Assembly (NCBI GenBank): GCA_044892525.1
Contig: CM097885.1
Coordinates: 204,724,001-204,788,000 of the forward strand
DNA from: Schmidtea polychroa
Taxonomy: Eukaryota
DNA: 64,000 bases
Direction: 5' to 3'
Shown here piece by piece: positions 36,858-50,215 of this stretch. The notes below the pieces were generated by a model, which was not told where the DNA came from, did not search any database, and was given only the letters and a program-made list of their open reading frames with translations. The stretch's first letter is position 1, and every line of letters begins with the position of its first letter. Made by a program: the position numbers and the translations under genes.

Positions 36858-37829
36858 ATATATATATATATATATATATATGTGATTTTCTAAAAAGAGG
36901 AAAAAAGTGGTTTCTTTTTTTCATTAAAAATATGAATTTAGCAGTTTACTTTGAACAAGTATTGAAGTGATCTATGATTCACAATTTATTACAATATATC
37001 AATCTTATATATCAGGCTTAATTTTGACGTCCACCAGATTTATGGTGTTTATTTCTGTGTCAACGATTGCGTGATTAATAGCCATTTGAGTAAATTTTTT
37101 AATTAATAAATTGATACTTTTGAAGCGATTAATGATTATAATCCAATATTATCTAATCTTGCCTCCCTTTCATTGAATGAATTACCGAAAATATTTTTCT
37201 GCACTATTTTAAAGCTTTAATAATTACCTAAATGTAGGGTGTCATTCGTTCAGTAAATCCCTGTGAACAAAGTTTTGTTACAAATATGATATGGAACTAT
37301 TTAATAATTTGACGTTACGTACTACCGAAATGTTCACTCGCCTGCTATAGGTTTTCAAGTGAAAGAGGTTATACATTAATTACAAAACTGAGAGAAAACT
37401 TGTATTTATGGAAATTATCACAGATCAGTTTAAGATCTTCTTTTTAATTGTGGGCATAGAGAGATAAAAAAAATTCTTTAAGAACCAAGTCAATGTTGTA
37501 GATTGTATTGCAATAGTACTGGAAAAAAATAATATTACATGAAAAAAACAACTGAACAATGAAAAATTGTCAGACACCAAAGAAATATGATTTTGTAAAA
37601 ACTTTTTCTACTATATCATTTACAATGCATGCAAAGAAATATGGATAAGAAGCATACCCATGACATTACATCGATAAGTTACAAGAACACTTGGATCTTG
37701 CAGAAAACTCTTTGGTGTTTATAGTTTCTGAAGTACATTAAAATGGATTGTTTTATAATCAAGAGTTTTCATATAATAAAAATATATAGTAGAGTCTTAT
37801 CGTATCTTTTATTTATTAAATGATAATAA

Positions 37830-37830
37830 T

Positions 37831-37891
<61 letters not shown>
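37830..37891. repeat. (AAT)n flanking the Penelope-like element; a second (AAT)n lies at 41551-41612
   Basis: Perfect trinucleotide runs abutting both ends of the element. Confidence 0.95.
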
Positions 37892-37893
<2 letters not shown>

Positions 37894-37958
37894 TAATCAA
37901 AAAAACGTGGCAATGATTTAATAATAGAGAAACGCCAACTCAATAAATTCAACATAAA

Positions 37959-37998
37959 CGCGATATATTTCAATTGTACAACAATCTTCGTCAGGCCG
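37959..37998 (-). ncRNA. Minimal type-I hammerhead ribozyme motif (copy 1)
   Basis: GGC-CTGACGA-A-GATTGT-TGT-ACAATT-GAAA-TATA-TC-GC. Confidence 0.75.
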
Positions 37999-38312
37999 CA
38001 ATCTGGATAATCAATAATAAGACATAAAATATGCAATATCTAAACAAATTAACTAATAATAATCATCTCCAAACTGTATCAAAAATTTTAAAAAAAAAAA
38101 ATATTTTAAAAAAAAATATTTCAAAAAAAACATTTTAAAAAACCAAACCATATTTTACATAACCCACATACATATTATTTTAAAATTAAATTTTAATTTA
38201 ATCACATTTAACATTCAACATAAAATTAACAAATTTTAAAAAAAAATTACATAGTTTACAAAACACAAACATAATTATACCACAAACAAGACTCCCAACC
38301 TTCATCCTTCAA

Positions 38313-40817
38313 TTACTTAAACACATTCAAAATCTCCGTGGAACGGGCAACTTGATCATTTATTTTTGGATTTAAATATCTAATCAACAATGCCTCACAA
38401 GTTACTCGTTCCCAATAATTACTTAAACCTTTTGAAATAATTTTAAAATCAGAGATACCTATTTTTTTACTGACACATTTCCTAACATGATTACTAATAT
38501 TAGTCAATCCTTTTGGTCGACAGTGTTCAAGAACTCGGGTGCAGAGATGACGGGCAGTCTCTCCAATGTATATGGCATTACACCCATTACATGAAAATTG
38601 ATACACAAGCTCAGAACACAAACCAATTGGCGTTGGACATTTACTAGTAAACATACTGCTAACTTTGCAAGAAGTGGAAACAATCCTGAATTGATCCTTG
38701 TCTACATATTTGAGAATTTTATGTTTAAATTCTCTGAAACCCTCCGAATAAGGCAATACTAACACATATTTCGGCTCCATGCGATTGGATCGATTCTTGT
38801 CACTTTCCGAATTTAACATAGTACTTTCCTCAGGATCAATAGGTACCTCAGATTCAGACGTACGCATACCAACGTTATCAGATTTAAACATTAACTTATC
38901 CACAGTCACTTTTGTCATTTTCTCAAGAAAAGATTTAGAGTAGCCATTTTTAAGTAACAACTCAACCAATACATCAATACTTTTTACTGAATTAGCAAAC
39001 GTGGAGGATAGTGACCAAGCACGAAACACTAATCCTCTCACCATATTCCTTTTATATTTAAACTCACAAAAACTATCAGGCGTTGTATATAAACCAGTAT
39101 CCGTCGACTTTCTATATATTTCAGTCTCATAATGTTTCGATTTGCGTTGAATGAGTAAATCTAAAAACGCAATCGATGACCCTTTTTCTTCCTCACATGT
39201 GAATTTAATATTCTTATGCAAATCATTCATAAAATATAAAAACGGCATTACATGTTCACGACTCTCAAACACCAAAAAAATATCATCCACATACCGTTTG
39301 TACACACTAGGTTTAACAAGATGGCATGAAGACATTTTCTTTTCCAAACTAGACATAAAAATAGAAGCCATAGTTGGGGCTAATGGAGAACCCATAGCAA
39401 CACCATCCACTTGTTTATACCATTCATTATTAAACAAAAAGTTAACATTCGACGTTGAAAATTCAAGCAATTTGCGAAAAGCAATTTTATCCACATTCTT
39501 ATGTTCAGACTCATTATTATTCCACATTTCACAACATAAATCAATCGTTTCCGCCAATGGAACATTAGTAAAAAGACTACACACATCAAACGAAACCATC
39601 ACTTCATCATCAGAACTTTTCTTCAGTGCAGCAATGAATGAAGCAAATTCAAAGCTATCCTTACATTCGAACTCAGACACCATTAACGGTTTTAATAACC
39701 CATCCAAAAATTTGGCAATTTTATATTGAGCGGTTCCTACCATCGATAACACTGGTCTCATAGGCATACCTGCTTTATGTACTTTTGGAAGACCATAAAG
39801 CTTTGCGGGTTGAGATCCTTTCGGTTTTAGGAATTTCACCAAATCTATATCAATATTTTTATCATCCGACAATTTGTTTAACATTTTTATCAAAGTTAGT
39901 TCATCTTTCAGAGGAGGCAACTTCCCATTTTTTCGACAACTACCATCTTTAACAAACTGTGGAGATGACAAAACATCGTTCAATTTATTCACATACACAT
40001 CATGGTCTAAGATAACCAAACCATTACCTTTATCATATTTACAAACGTTAATATCTTTTTTAGCTAAATTCTTCAAGATCAAAAAATCTTTTATATCTTG
40101 TTTTTTATTTTTATTAATATAATCAATCGTACTCACATTCAACAAATTCTTTACATAATTATTATCTATATTCTTATCAAACACGCACATATTGTAGTAC
40201 AATCTTTCAATTTTAGCACACAGTTTAGTTTTGTCAATACGATTTTTAATACCATGATTAGGACCATATTTTAAAATTCGCTCTTCATCATGTGTCAACA
40301 CAATTTTACTCATATTTAAAAATGTCTCCTTTACATCAAACTTATAAATACCAAACAATCTTCTTAAATTATTCAACTTTTTAATATGGGAATCATACTT
40401 ATGCTTTAATTGTAACTCAGAGCAATTGATACACCATTTGATACAATATTGAAAACGAAAATCACCAATCAACCTGATCAAAACCGCTTCTATTCCAACT
40501 AATTCATCATCCAAAATCCGCTTCTTTTTCTTCTGTGCTTTCAAAGTTCTACGTAACGTTTTCCGGTGGATTGAAGTAATATCTTCCGTTAAAAGATAAT
40601 TACTCAGTTTCATTTTAAAAATGAAAGAGGGAATCATACCATTCTCTAGACAAGTTTCTAAAAAACTAATGTCCAGTTCCATTTTTCTAATTGAAATAAA
40701 TTTCTTCAGCAATTTTTTGAACACTGGAACCGCAGAGGCATAATTATTAAATAAATAATCAAAAAAACGTGGCAATGATTTAATAATAGAGAAACGCCAA
40801 CTCAATAAATTCAACAT
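38313..40817 (-). CDS. Penelope-like RT + GIY-YIG endonuclease, intact ORF (834 aa from the first ATG)
   Basis: SFDVCSLFTNVP, QVDGVAMGSPLAP, YKRYVDDIF and VYQFSC..CNAIYIGETARHL..R..EH. No stops. The track start at 40898 is a TTG. Confidence 0.95.
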   Translation of the reverse strand: MLNLLSWRFSIIKSLPRFFDYLFNNYASAVPVFKKLLKKFISIRKMELDISFLETCLENGMIPSFIFKMKLSNYLLTEDITSIHRKTLRRTLKAQKKKKRILDDELVGIEAVLIRLIGDFRFQYCIKWCINCSELQLKHKYDSHIKKLNNLRRLFGIYKFDVKETFLNMSKIVLTHDEERILKYGPNHGIKNRIDKTKLCAKIERLYYNMCVFDKNIDNNYVKNLLNVSTIDYINKNKKQDIKDFLILKNLAKKDINVCKYDKGNGLVILDHDVYVNKLNDVLSSPQFVKDGSCRKNGKLPPLKDELTLIKMLNKLSDDKNIDIDLVKFLKPKGSQPAKLYGLPKVHKAGMPMRPVLSMVGTAQYKIAKFLDGLLKPLMVSEFECKDSFEFASFIAALKKSSDDEVMVSFDVCSLFTNVPLAETIDLCCEMWNNNESEHKNVDKIAFRKLLEFSTSNVNFLFNNEWYKQVDGVAMGSPLAPTMASIFMSSLEKKMSSCHLVKPSVYKRYVDDIFLVFESREHVMPFLYFMNDLHKNIKFTCEEEKGSSIAFLDLLIQRKSKHYETEIYRKSTDTGLYTTPDSFCEFKYKRNMVRGLVFRAWSLSSTFANSVKSIDVLVELLLKNGYSKSFLEKMTKVTVDKLMFKSDNVGMRTSESEVPIDPEESTMLNSESDKNRSNRMEPKYVLVLPYSEGFREFKHKILKYVDKDQFRIVSTSCKVSSMFTSKCPTPIGLCSELVYQFSCNGCNAIYIGETARHLCTRVLEHCRPKGLTNISNHVRKCVSKKIGISDFKIISKGLSNYWERVTCEALLIRYLNPKINDQVARSTEILNVFK

Positions 40818-40820
40818 AAA

Positions 40821-40860
40821 CGCGATATATTTCAATTGTACAACAATCTTCGTCAGGCCG
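40821..40860 (-). ncRNA. Minimal type-I hammerhead ribozyme motif (copy 2)
   Basis: Identical motif. Predicted cleavage lies 6 nt upstream of the ORF ATG (40817). Confidence 0.75.
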
Positions 40861-41474
40861 CAATCTGGATAATCAATAATAAGACATAAAATATGCAATA
40901 TCTAAACAAATTAACTAATAATAATCATCTCCAAACTGTATCAAAAATTTAAAAAAAAAAAGGATTGACTAATATTAGTAATCATGTTAGGAAATGTGTC
41001 AGTAAAAAAATAGGTATCTCTGATTTTAAAATTATTTCAAAAGGTTTAAGTAATTATTGGGAACGAGTAACTTGTGAGGCATTGTTGATTAGATATTTAA
41101 ATCCAAAAATAAATGATCAAGTTGCCCGTTCCACGGAGATTTTGAATGTGTTTAAGTAATTGAAGGATGAAGGTTGGGAGTCTTGTTTGTGGTATAATTA
41201 TGTTTGTGTTTTGTAAACTATGTAATTTTTTTTTAAAATTTGTTAATTTTATGTTGAATGTTAAATGTGATTAAATTAAAATTTAATTTTAAAATAATAT
41301 GTATGTGGGTTATGTAAAATATGGTTTGGTTTTTTAAAATGTTTTTTTTGAAATATTTTTTTTTAAAATATTTTTTTTTTTTTAAAATTTTTGATACAGT
41401 TTGGAGATGATTATTATTAGTTAATTTGTTTAGATATTGCATATTTTATGTCTTATTATTGATTATCCAGATTG

Positions 41475-41514
41475 CGGCCTGACGAAGATTGTTGTACAAT
41501 TGAAATATATCGCG
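41475..41514 (+). ncRNA. Minimal type-I hammerhead ribozyme motif (copy 3, in the inverted segment)
   Basis: CTGACGA at 41479-85, GAAA at 41502-05 and ATC triplet ending at 41511. Confidence 0.75.
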
Positions 41515-41547
41515 TTTATGTTGAATTTATTGAGTTGGCGTTTCTCT

Positions 41548-41610
<63 letters not shown>

Positions 41611-42816
41611 TATATATTTAATTTCAGATTGCATTACAGTTTCATGTGATAATAGTGAAAATACGAAATGTTCTGAACTGGAATGTGAAATAAAACTAAT
41701 AAATCAATTATGGATCAGTCAAAACATTGATATATACGCACAAATCCCAATTTGGGAAATATCCAGTTCAGCTGGCCAAAATTCTGATTGGACGAAATAT
41801 TTGATACGAAAGGATCTTATGGAATATTGTCGGAACTTTATATACTCGTGATTTTATACGTGATTTTGAATGAATCATAAAATTTTTATTTTGTATTCTA
41901 ATGAGTACAAGTATTATAATACATATTATTAATGGGTCAAGGTTCATAGTCATCCATTGGAATATGATATCAGTTTAAAATCTCATTATTAATAATAATA
42001 ATAATATTATTATTAATTTTTTTGTTATTATTACTTTTATTTTTATTCAATTGATTTATTATAATCCAAACAATACATTATTACTATTCTTTGCACTTTT
42101 ATGCTCCTCTATCACAATTCTCTGCCGAGCCAGAGACACCAGTGCAACCCCATCAGTCAAAGCAGCAAAATAGAAGCAAGCTGAACCGTCTGTGAGGAAC
42201 AAATCAAAAGTGATACAGGCAAACTATATATGATGATTGCCTAAGGAGAGACAAACATATGAATCTTATATTGAAACTGTTGTCAATGTGTGTAGCTTGA
42301 TTACATCTGGCAGCGTCGTCTGTATTTTGTTGAAATTTTGAACATCATCATTATTATTTTCAAATTATCGAGGAGATCTAGTTTTTCCAGCCCATTGACT
42401 CGACAGTTAATATTCACAGAATTTCTTTTTAGTCCCCAAACACATAACAGAGCACACTCGAAATTCGATCAATCACTCTCTGGATTGTTTGTCATTATTG
42501 ATAGAATGCGATCAGTGCTGTCTCTGTGAGCACTACACAAATAGTTGATTGATCGGTATTGTTAATCATTTAGTTGACCAAACTCTGATACTCATTTCAC
42601 AACTTTTATCAACTCTCATCCGAAATGCGACGTANNNNNNNNNNNNNNNNNNNNNNNNNNNNNNNNNNNNNNNNNNNNNNNNNNNNNNNNNNNNNNNNNN
42701 NNNNNNNNNNNNNNNNNNNNNNNNNNNNNNNNNNNNNNNNNNNNNNNNNNNNNNNNNNNNNNNNNNNNNNNNNNNNNNNNNNNNNNNNNNNNNNNNNGCA
42801 GCATTTATTATTTAAA

Positions 42817-42992
42817 ACAATAAAATGATAATTTAAGCCTTTTGCAGCAAATAATGTATTTAATGAAAAATTTTTCGACTATAAGATAGTCCTTGTCAAT
42901 CTCCTCTGATTGACAAGTACTATCTTATAGTCGAAAATTTTTTCATTAAATACATTATTTGCAGCAAAAGGCTTAAATTATCATTTTATTGT
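42817..42992. mobile_element. Foldback MITE (84-bp arms, 8-nt loop)
   Basis: Arms 42817-42900 and 42909-42992 are reverse complements with about 3 mismatches. Confidence 0.9.
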
Positions 42993-45900
42993 ATTATTAT
43001 TATTATTATTATTAATAATAATTTATTTTTAATTAATGAACTCCAGAAAAACATTTAACCAAAAATGATTGTGGTTGTTTGGTTTAAAATAATTTAAAAA
43101 ATTTAATGTTTCTCTGATATAATTATCTTTGAAGTTTTTATTTTATTATACATCTGAAATTTATTATATCTACAAAATAATAATAGTATCTCAACGAACA
43201 ATATTTAACATACATATTCACGAGTCTTTTTCAAGGGAGATTTGAATCATACAAAAAATATTTTAAACTATTTTAATATAAAAATATATTAATTTAATAT
43301 AAATTAATACAAATTTCATAATTTTTTTTAAATAATTCACAAATACAATCTTATTACCTTTAATTTATTTCTTTTATAAATTAATATTCTCATTCTTAAA
43401 TTTTTTTTTACTCATCTTTTGATGTGAATTTTAAAAATTGTTACTTTTAAATGAAGGCGCACAAATTATGAGACCTTTCACTGTGAAAGTGGCAATTCAG
43501 GGATTCAAATCTTTATATATATAAACATATTCAAGGTTATAGGTTATACTGAGTTATGCTGAGTTCCTATTTATTTTAAAATCTAACTAAATTAAAGGGC
43601 GTCTCTTTAAATTAATCTAACTAAAATAATAAACTTTTATCATTTAATGTGATATTTCAGTTTTGCAACTGGGTGTATTCAGTTCCCCCTATAGTGATTG
43701 AAATTAAACTTAAACTTAGAACTTGAAATTAAACCTCGAAACATCATAAGTACAGCTAAATTTGTTAAAGAAATATCAAGACTTCCTGGTTATCATATTA
43801 AAGAAAATTAAAATTAACAAACTAAACTTTATTATTTTCGTGAAATTTCTTTTAAGTTTTAATATNNNNNNNNNNNNNNNNNNNNNNNNNNNNNNNNNNN
43901 NNNNNNNNNNNNNNNNNNNNNNNNNNNNNNNNNNNNNNNNNNNNNNNNNNNNNNNNNNNNNNNNNNNNNNNNNNNNNNNNNNNNNNNNNNNNNNNNNNNN
44001 NNNNNNNNNNNNNNNNNNNNNAAGAGTATATAACATTTTTTTATTTAATAAATAATAATATATACATAATGTTGGTTCACTAATAATATCAAGTGTAAAT
44101 ATTTAAAATTGTATTTTTCAGATAAATTCCAAATATATAGCCACTCCCACTTTTAAAATAGTTTTATTGAACTTGTTTTAATCAAATTTCTATCTATTTG
44201 AAGAATNNNNNNNNNNNNNNNNNNNNNNNNNNNNNNNNNNNNNNNNNNNNNNNNNNNNNNNNNNNNNNNNNNNNNNNNNNNNNNNNNNNNNNNNNNNNNN
44301 NNNNNNNNNNNNNNNNNNNNNNNNNNNNNNNNNNNNNNNNNNNNNNNNNNNNNNNNNNNNNNNNNNNNNNNNNNNNNNNNNNNNNNNNNNNNNNNNNNNN
44401 NNNNNNNNNNNNNNNNNNAATTAATTATTATTAATAATTAGATTATTTACTTGTCCATGATCATGGGCACCCACTGAATAAGGTTAAGTCTATAATGATT
44501 ATCTGATGCCAATGAATCACATCATTAATGTGTATGAATCAATTAATAGTCGACTCTATAGCACTATGCACATCTATTACTCACCCGTTGACCTGAAGGC
44601 TCCGTAATAGATCTCGATCAATTAGTTCTATAAATCAATATCAAATGTAATAATATTCGTGCAATATTAATTGATGTTTTCTTTTCAATTTTCAAATTCA
44701 ATGAGAACTTTAGAATATTTTCTGTCGATGCTAATTTGGAACATTCGACAAATTATACGTGTGAAAATTTCTGAAAAAAATTTCCTGAGTTGACTCGTGG
44801 TATTTTAATGAGATTCGTTGACTGTTGATGGCTGATGCACGAATTAAACGGATTAAAATTTTTCTTTTTGAAATAATGGGAAATTTTCAGCCGGATATAT
44901 TTTGTTAATTCGATTTCTATTTTACTGATCCTAGATCTTGTCATTTTTAATTTTTATAAATTTGATCTCCGTGAACCAAAGAAACAATGATCCCAAAGGG
45001 TTTACTGGAATTCTTTTTCCGTCAATTTCATTTTTATCTTTATTATTCAGTGGGAAAATAAAAATTTTTAAAAATAAAAATTTTTTAATTTTTCTGTATA
45101 AGGCTGATAATGAGAATTTTGATTTTCAAACTGGAAATTATTTTTATTATTTTTATCATTAAATGATTACAGAACAATATCATATTTAAGAACAACGAGA
45201 AATTTTTGTACACCAAATTAAGATAAAAATTATCGCATTTAAACAAAAAAAATAATTTTAAAAATCCAAAAATTGTTTTGTATATTTTCAAATAATACAG
45301 TTGTAAAGGACTCAATAAATTTTATTAATCAAAACAAAAGAAAGCAATCTCATATTTATATATTTGACCTAGAACAATTTTTGTAACTTGAATTTTACAA
45401 GCGTAATTTTTTACCCTGGGTAAATTTTTTACAAGGGTAAAACATTTATTTAAATAATATGGATATTGATACTATTCTTAGGGAATAGTTGATGTTTCTG
45501 TGAAGTTACTACTCCTCAGTTTACGTTCTCCCAGCTTTTACGCAGCTGCAATAATTTCTAATGTCTTTAAATTTTTAAAAAGACTCCTGGAATATTCATC
45601 TATTGGAGTTTCTATACTTTCTGTCCTTATGTTTTCGATTATTGGCATTTTTCATTAAAAAAATATTCGTTAGTTATCTTACATATGTAGTATTTGATAA
45701 ATTATATTTTTAACAAAATAATTCAATTCCAGTAATTCAATTATTTATCAAATATATTTATCAAATATAAATTTATCAATTTTCTCAATCTTCATTTAAT
45801 TTTAGACAGTAGATCAATATTTGTATTTATTTAACAAGAAATATTGCTTTAGTTCTCAAAGGATGTGCCACAACTTTTCTACCTATAGAAACAATTGAAA

Positions 45901-46991
45901 TAATTTTCATATTAATATTTGTAAAACTATACATCAAAACAATATTTCCTTAAATACACACAAATATCGTGTAACTTATATATTGTTTTATTAAATATTA
46001 ATATTAATATTTAATATTAATATGAAAATTATTGAATTAAAAAATAGATAAAAAGTGAAACCAAATTAAATATAAAATAATTTCATTATTTTAATTTTGG
46101 AAAAGGAATAATTGATATAAAAATTCAAATGCTTAAAAAGTTTATGTTACGAAAAAATCTTTTATTGAGAAACCTGAGTTTTAGTGAGCTTATGTCGTGA
46201 ATAAAAAAGATTAAGTATCACTGATCTTCAATCTGAAAAAAATGAAGATAAAAGAAAATAAAAATAAATGTGTGGTGATAAAAGAAAATATTTTACTAAT
46301 AAATGAATATATATTAAATTTCTCTTAGAAAAATTATACTAATCTTCGAAATGTTTCATACACTTTAATTCTTTATTATTTAACCTTTTCATCGAATTTT
46401 TAATATTATTCTTTCCTGGTGATGGCCGACACATTACTTGCCTCATTCTAAAAAACTAATACAAACTTAAAATTATTATTTTATAAGCGCATAAAACTTA
46501 TTAAATTTATAATATTAATAAAATTTTCGTCCAGAATTCTAATAAAAGAAAAGATTTTTACGACTATATTCTTGTGAGAAAGTAACTATGCATACATTTT
46601 TACTATAGAAATATTATCAGTACTTTTTTCAAATTTCACCGCTGATTTCTTTTCCATTGACATTGTATTTATTAAAAAGCTTGACTATGAATCAGTAAAT
46701 ATATCAAAAACATCGATATATCTACTAATTCATAGTATTATAGAAAGGTGGGTAAACTTGTAGAAAGAGTTATTTTAAAGGTAGAAAATAATAATTATTT
46801 TTATTACGTTTATTATTGTTTTCATTCAACAAGCTTTTCATTTTTATTGTTGAGGCATTCTGCAGTTCTTCAACAGATTTTAACTTTTGTCACAGAATAA
46901 TTTCAATTTAAGAAAACTTAATTTATACATGTGTAAATAACCCTGAAGAGGTTAAGTGTAAATACATAAACAGCGCAAAGATAGCTTAACC

Positions 46992-47487
46992 CAGGGCTGG
47001 GGAACCTTTTCATTTCAAATGGCCACATTCACTTATCTGATTTAACATAAGGCCGCAGTAAATAAAACGTTAACCCCCCTATAAACTATTTATTTTAATT
47101 CACATTATAAATTAGCCAAAACGCAATTTAAAATAATCTTTTATGAAAAAACAAAAATATAGCATAATTTTCCTTAAATATCAAAAAATGGCTCAATTTT
47201 TAAAATATAAAAAGCCCCCTTAAAAAAACTTGTACAGAAGAAGAAAAAGGTAGTAAAATAGTGGCCGTGTTTAACGACACTGGTTAAAAAATTACTTTGG
47301 GGTTTTTAAAATTTTTATAGCCCCAATTTTAAAAAAGTGGAAAAAGAAAGTTTTTTGAAAAAAGATCATTTAATTATTTTACTTAAAACAAAAGGTAGTA
47401 TGTTTTTTCCGTAATTTCTTCTCATCATAAATCTTATCAAATACAAAAATCGGTATAACTCAAAAGGCCGAAGGTTCCCCACCTATG
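46992..47487. mobile_element. hAT MITE
   Basis: TIRs CAGGGCTGGGGAACCTT / AAGGTTCCCCACCTATG. Perfect TSD GCTTAACC (46984-91, 47488-95). Confidence 0.88.
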
Positions 47488-50215
47488 GCTTAACCCATTA
47501 GTTACTGTAATCCACAAATGGGAATTGGTATAGTTTACAGCTCTAATTTTAAAAGTTGGCATCGCTGGACATTTAGAGTTGGTAATTAAAGTATATATTT
47601 GTTAATTGAAGTATTTACAATGTGTTTTGGATCATTTTCGGTTATGAAGTCTATTTTGTTCTAATAATAATCAATTTTGCAAAAAATAGTAATTTTAAAT
47701 ATTTGGGAGGTATTGGGTTAAAAAGAAGGCTGGCTAAAATCTGCGATTTTACTCCTGTTATGAATTTTCTAAAAAATTTTTAAAATAATAAATATAAGGA
47801 AAATTACAATGAATTCCATTTTGTAAAGTGTTTCATCAATTCAACTAGAATCCTAATTGAATTCGGGACCGGGGAAATATTTGCATGAAGAATCATAGAT
47901 ATAATTAAATGAGGACCTGGCACTCCAATATCGAGTGATAAATTTTTTTGTCAAGTCTAATTGAAATTATTATTGTTGGTATCGGATAGGATTCCTAAAG
48001 AAAATTGCAATTATTTATTTCATACTATATTATTTTCTAAGTTTTCAAAATATTTACCAAATTATCATCAATTTTAAAAGTTTGACGAAAATATCAGTAC
48101 GAAATTGGTACTTTTAAAGATTTGGTTTAAATAAATAATGGTTCAAATGACCCCTTTCACGAGTATGGGATAAAAGTGTTCCCATATAAAATCTTGCCTG
48201 TATACTAAAATTAGTTTATATTTTTCCAGAAAATGTATGTGACAATAATTAATATAATTAAAAAATAAATAATATTAATTTAAATAATATTTATATATAT
48301 TATATTGTAAATATTATATACGGAATACAAATGTATTAATACTATTATTATTTTATAAATTGCCAAAGCAAAAATAGATGTGTTTAAAAATAAAGTGAAA
48401 AAAGAGTTCTTAAATAAAAAATTTCGTTAAAACTTATAAAAACTCTTTTCTTTTTCATTTTTTTTGAATATTTTCAATTTTNNNNNNNNNNNNNNNNNNN
48501 NNNNNNNNNNNNNNNNNNNNNNNNNNNNNNNNNNNNNNNNNNNNNNNNNNNNNNNNNNNNNNNNNNNNNNNNNNNNNNNNNNNNNNNNNNNNNNNNNNNN
48601 NNNNNNNNNNNNNNNNNNNNNNNNNNNNNNNNNNNNNNNNNNNNNNNNNNNNNNNNNNNNNNNNNNNNNNNNNNNNNNNNNNNNNNNNNNNNNNNNNNNN
48701 NNNNNNNNNNNNNNNNNNNNNNNNNNNNNNNNNNNNNNNNNNNNNNNNNNNNNNNNNNNNNNNNNNNNNNNNNNNNNNNNNNNNNNNNNNNNNNNNNNNN
48801 NNGCTATAATAATCTGATCCAGGGGCTGAATCAAGGAAGTGGTATTAGGCTTAGTGGTATAACATATAGAAAATTTCTAAACTGGATGTTTACAATACTT
48901 ACAATACATTACCTTTTATGGTTGTAAGAAATTATCAAAAACACGAATTATACTGGTAAAGGTACCATGAACCTATACACTATAGTTTAAATATAAACTG
49001 TAGAATAATGGGCGAATATTGAAAATATGTTATGTAACTTGTTAGCATTACGTAAGATAATTATTTATGCGTCGTACGAACTGAACACTTTGAACACAAA
49101 ATACTCAATGATGAATTGCTTAACACAATTTATAAAATGCAACGAGCAATAGAAAAGAGAATGCAAGAGATAATAAAATTCCTGTATTCCCCTAATTATA
49201 TTTTCTTTTTGTATCTACATGTACATAGTGTATAATATACACTGTAAAATGTGATTTTTTTTAAATTATAAAATTATTTGAAAATTCGTGTTAGATCGAA
49301 TAAATAGTGCAAAAAAAGAGTGATTGTTCTTTTTTGTGGACCGTCTTATTTCGAAATCGTGTAAAAAAAGAGTTGAGTGTATTTTTATAGTACTTAGTTA
49401 ACTGTTATATATGGATATTATATACATTTCATGTGATGTTACTTCAACAATAACAAAAAATACCAGGAATTGAATAATTCAGTTGTTTTTCATTGCAAGT
49501 TCTTTCCTTCTGTATGGTAAGAAATTTGACCTAACCAAAAAATATTAAACTTCATAAAAACAAATTTTTTAATTTAGCTTTTTTAGTTTTCCCCGAAAGT
49601 TACAGCTACATTACAGTTATATATACCAGATATATTAGTTATAATGACGTATTTATTGTATTAATTAATTAATTAATTGCATTTTCATTAAGTTAGAAAT
49701 AATATATCAAGTTATAAATTGTCCCTATTTGCTGAAATTTGCATTCTCATACACTGAAAAGACGCAACAGAAAGAATTGTGAATAAAAATTACAATTGTA
49801 ACAATATCCGTTTATGAATCCATTTTATCAAGATTGATAATTTCTATCAAAAATTCATCGGGTTGACTTGTCTTTTCATATTTTTATACTATTTCCTGGG
49901 TGGCGGAATAGATATATAAATGAAGAATTTCCAGATAAAATTCATGTCTGGTTAATTTAATTATAATTATTAAAGTAAACATTTTTGGAATTCTTAGCGT
50001 TTTTCAAGTATAAATTATTTTCATTGATAAAGTTCNNNNNNNNNNNNNNNNNNNNNNNNNNNNNNNNNNNNNNNNNNNNNNNNNNNNNNNNNNNNNNNNN
50101 NNNNNNNNNNNNNNNNNNNNNNNNNNNNNNNNNNNNNNNNNNNNNNNNNNNNNNNNNNNNNNNNNNNNNNNNNNNNNNNNNNNNNNNNNNNNNNNNNNNN
50201 NNNNNNNNNNNNNNN

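Larger units (their letters stand above)
37892..41550 (-). mobile_element. Penelope-like retroelement with partial-tandem pseudo-LTRs and an inverted 3'-end copy
   Basis: About 37895-38105 is a direct repeat of about 40755-40960. 40962-41550 (+) is an inverted copy of the ORF C-terminus, 3' UTR and pLTR. Confidence 0.95.

Noticed and set aside
39151-40122. Plus-strand ORFs of 192 and 82 aa and a minus-strand ORF of 69 aa inside the Penelope ORF
   Set aside because: Antisense or alternative-frame shadows with no motifs.
41768-41953. Short ORF with a hydrophobic N-terminus (MTMNLDPLIICIIILVLI)
   Set aside because: No cleavage motif, Cys pattern or splice support, and such runs are common by chance in AT-rich DNA.
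46940-46975. CCTGAAGA as another hammerhead core
   Set aside because: No stem II or GAAA follows it.
49338-49365. GACCGTCTTATTTCGAAATC resembling the spliced leader
   Set aside because: It has indels and lacks the diagnostic TATATAAATCTTATATG half, so it is compatible with chance.
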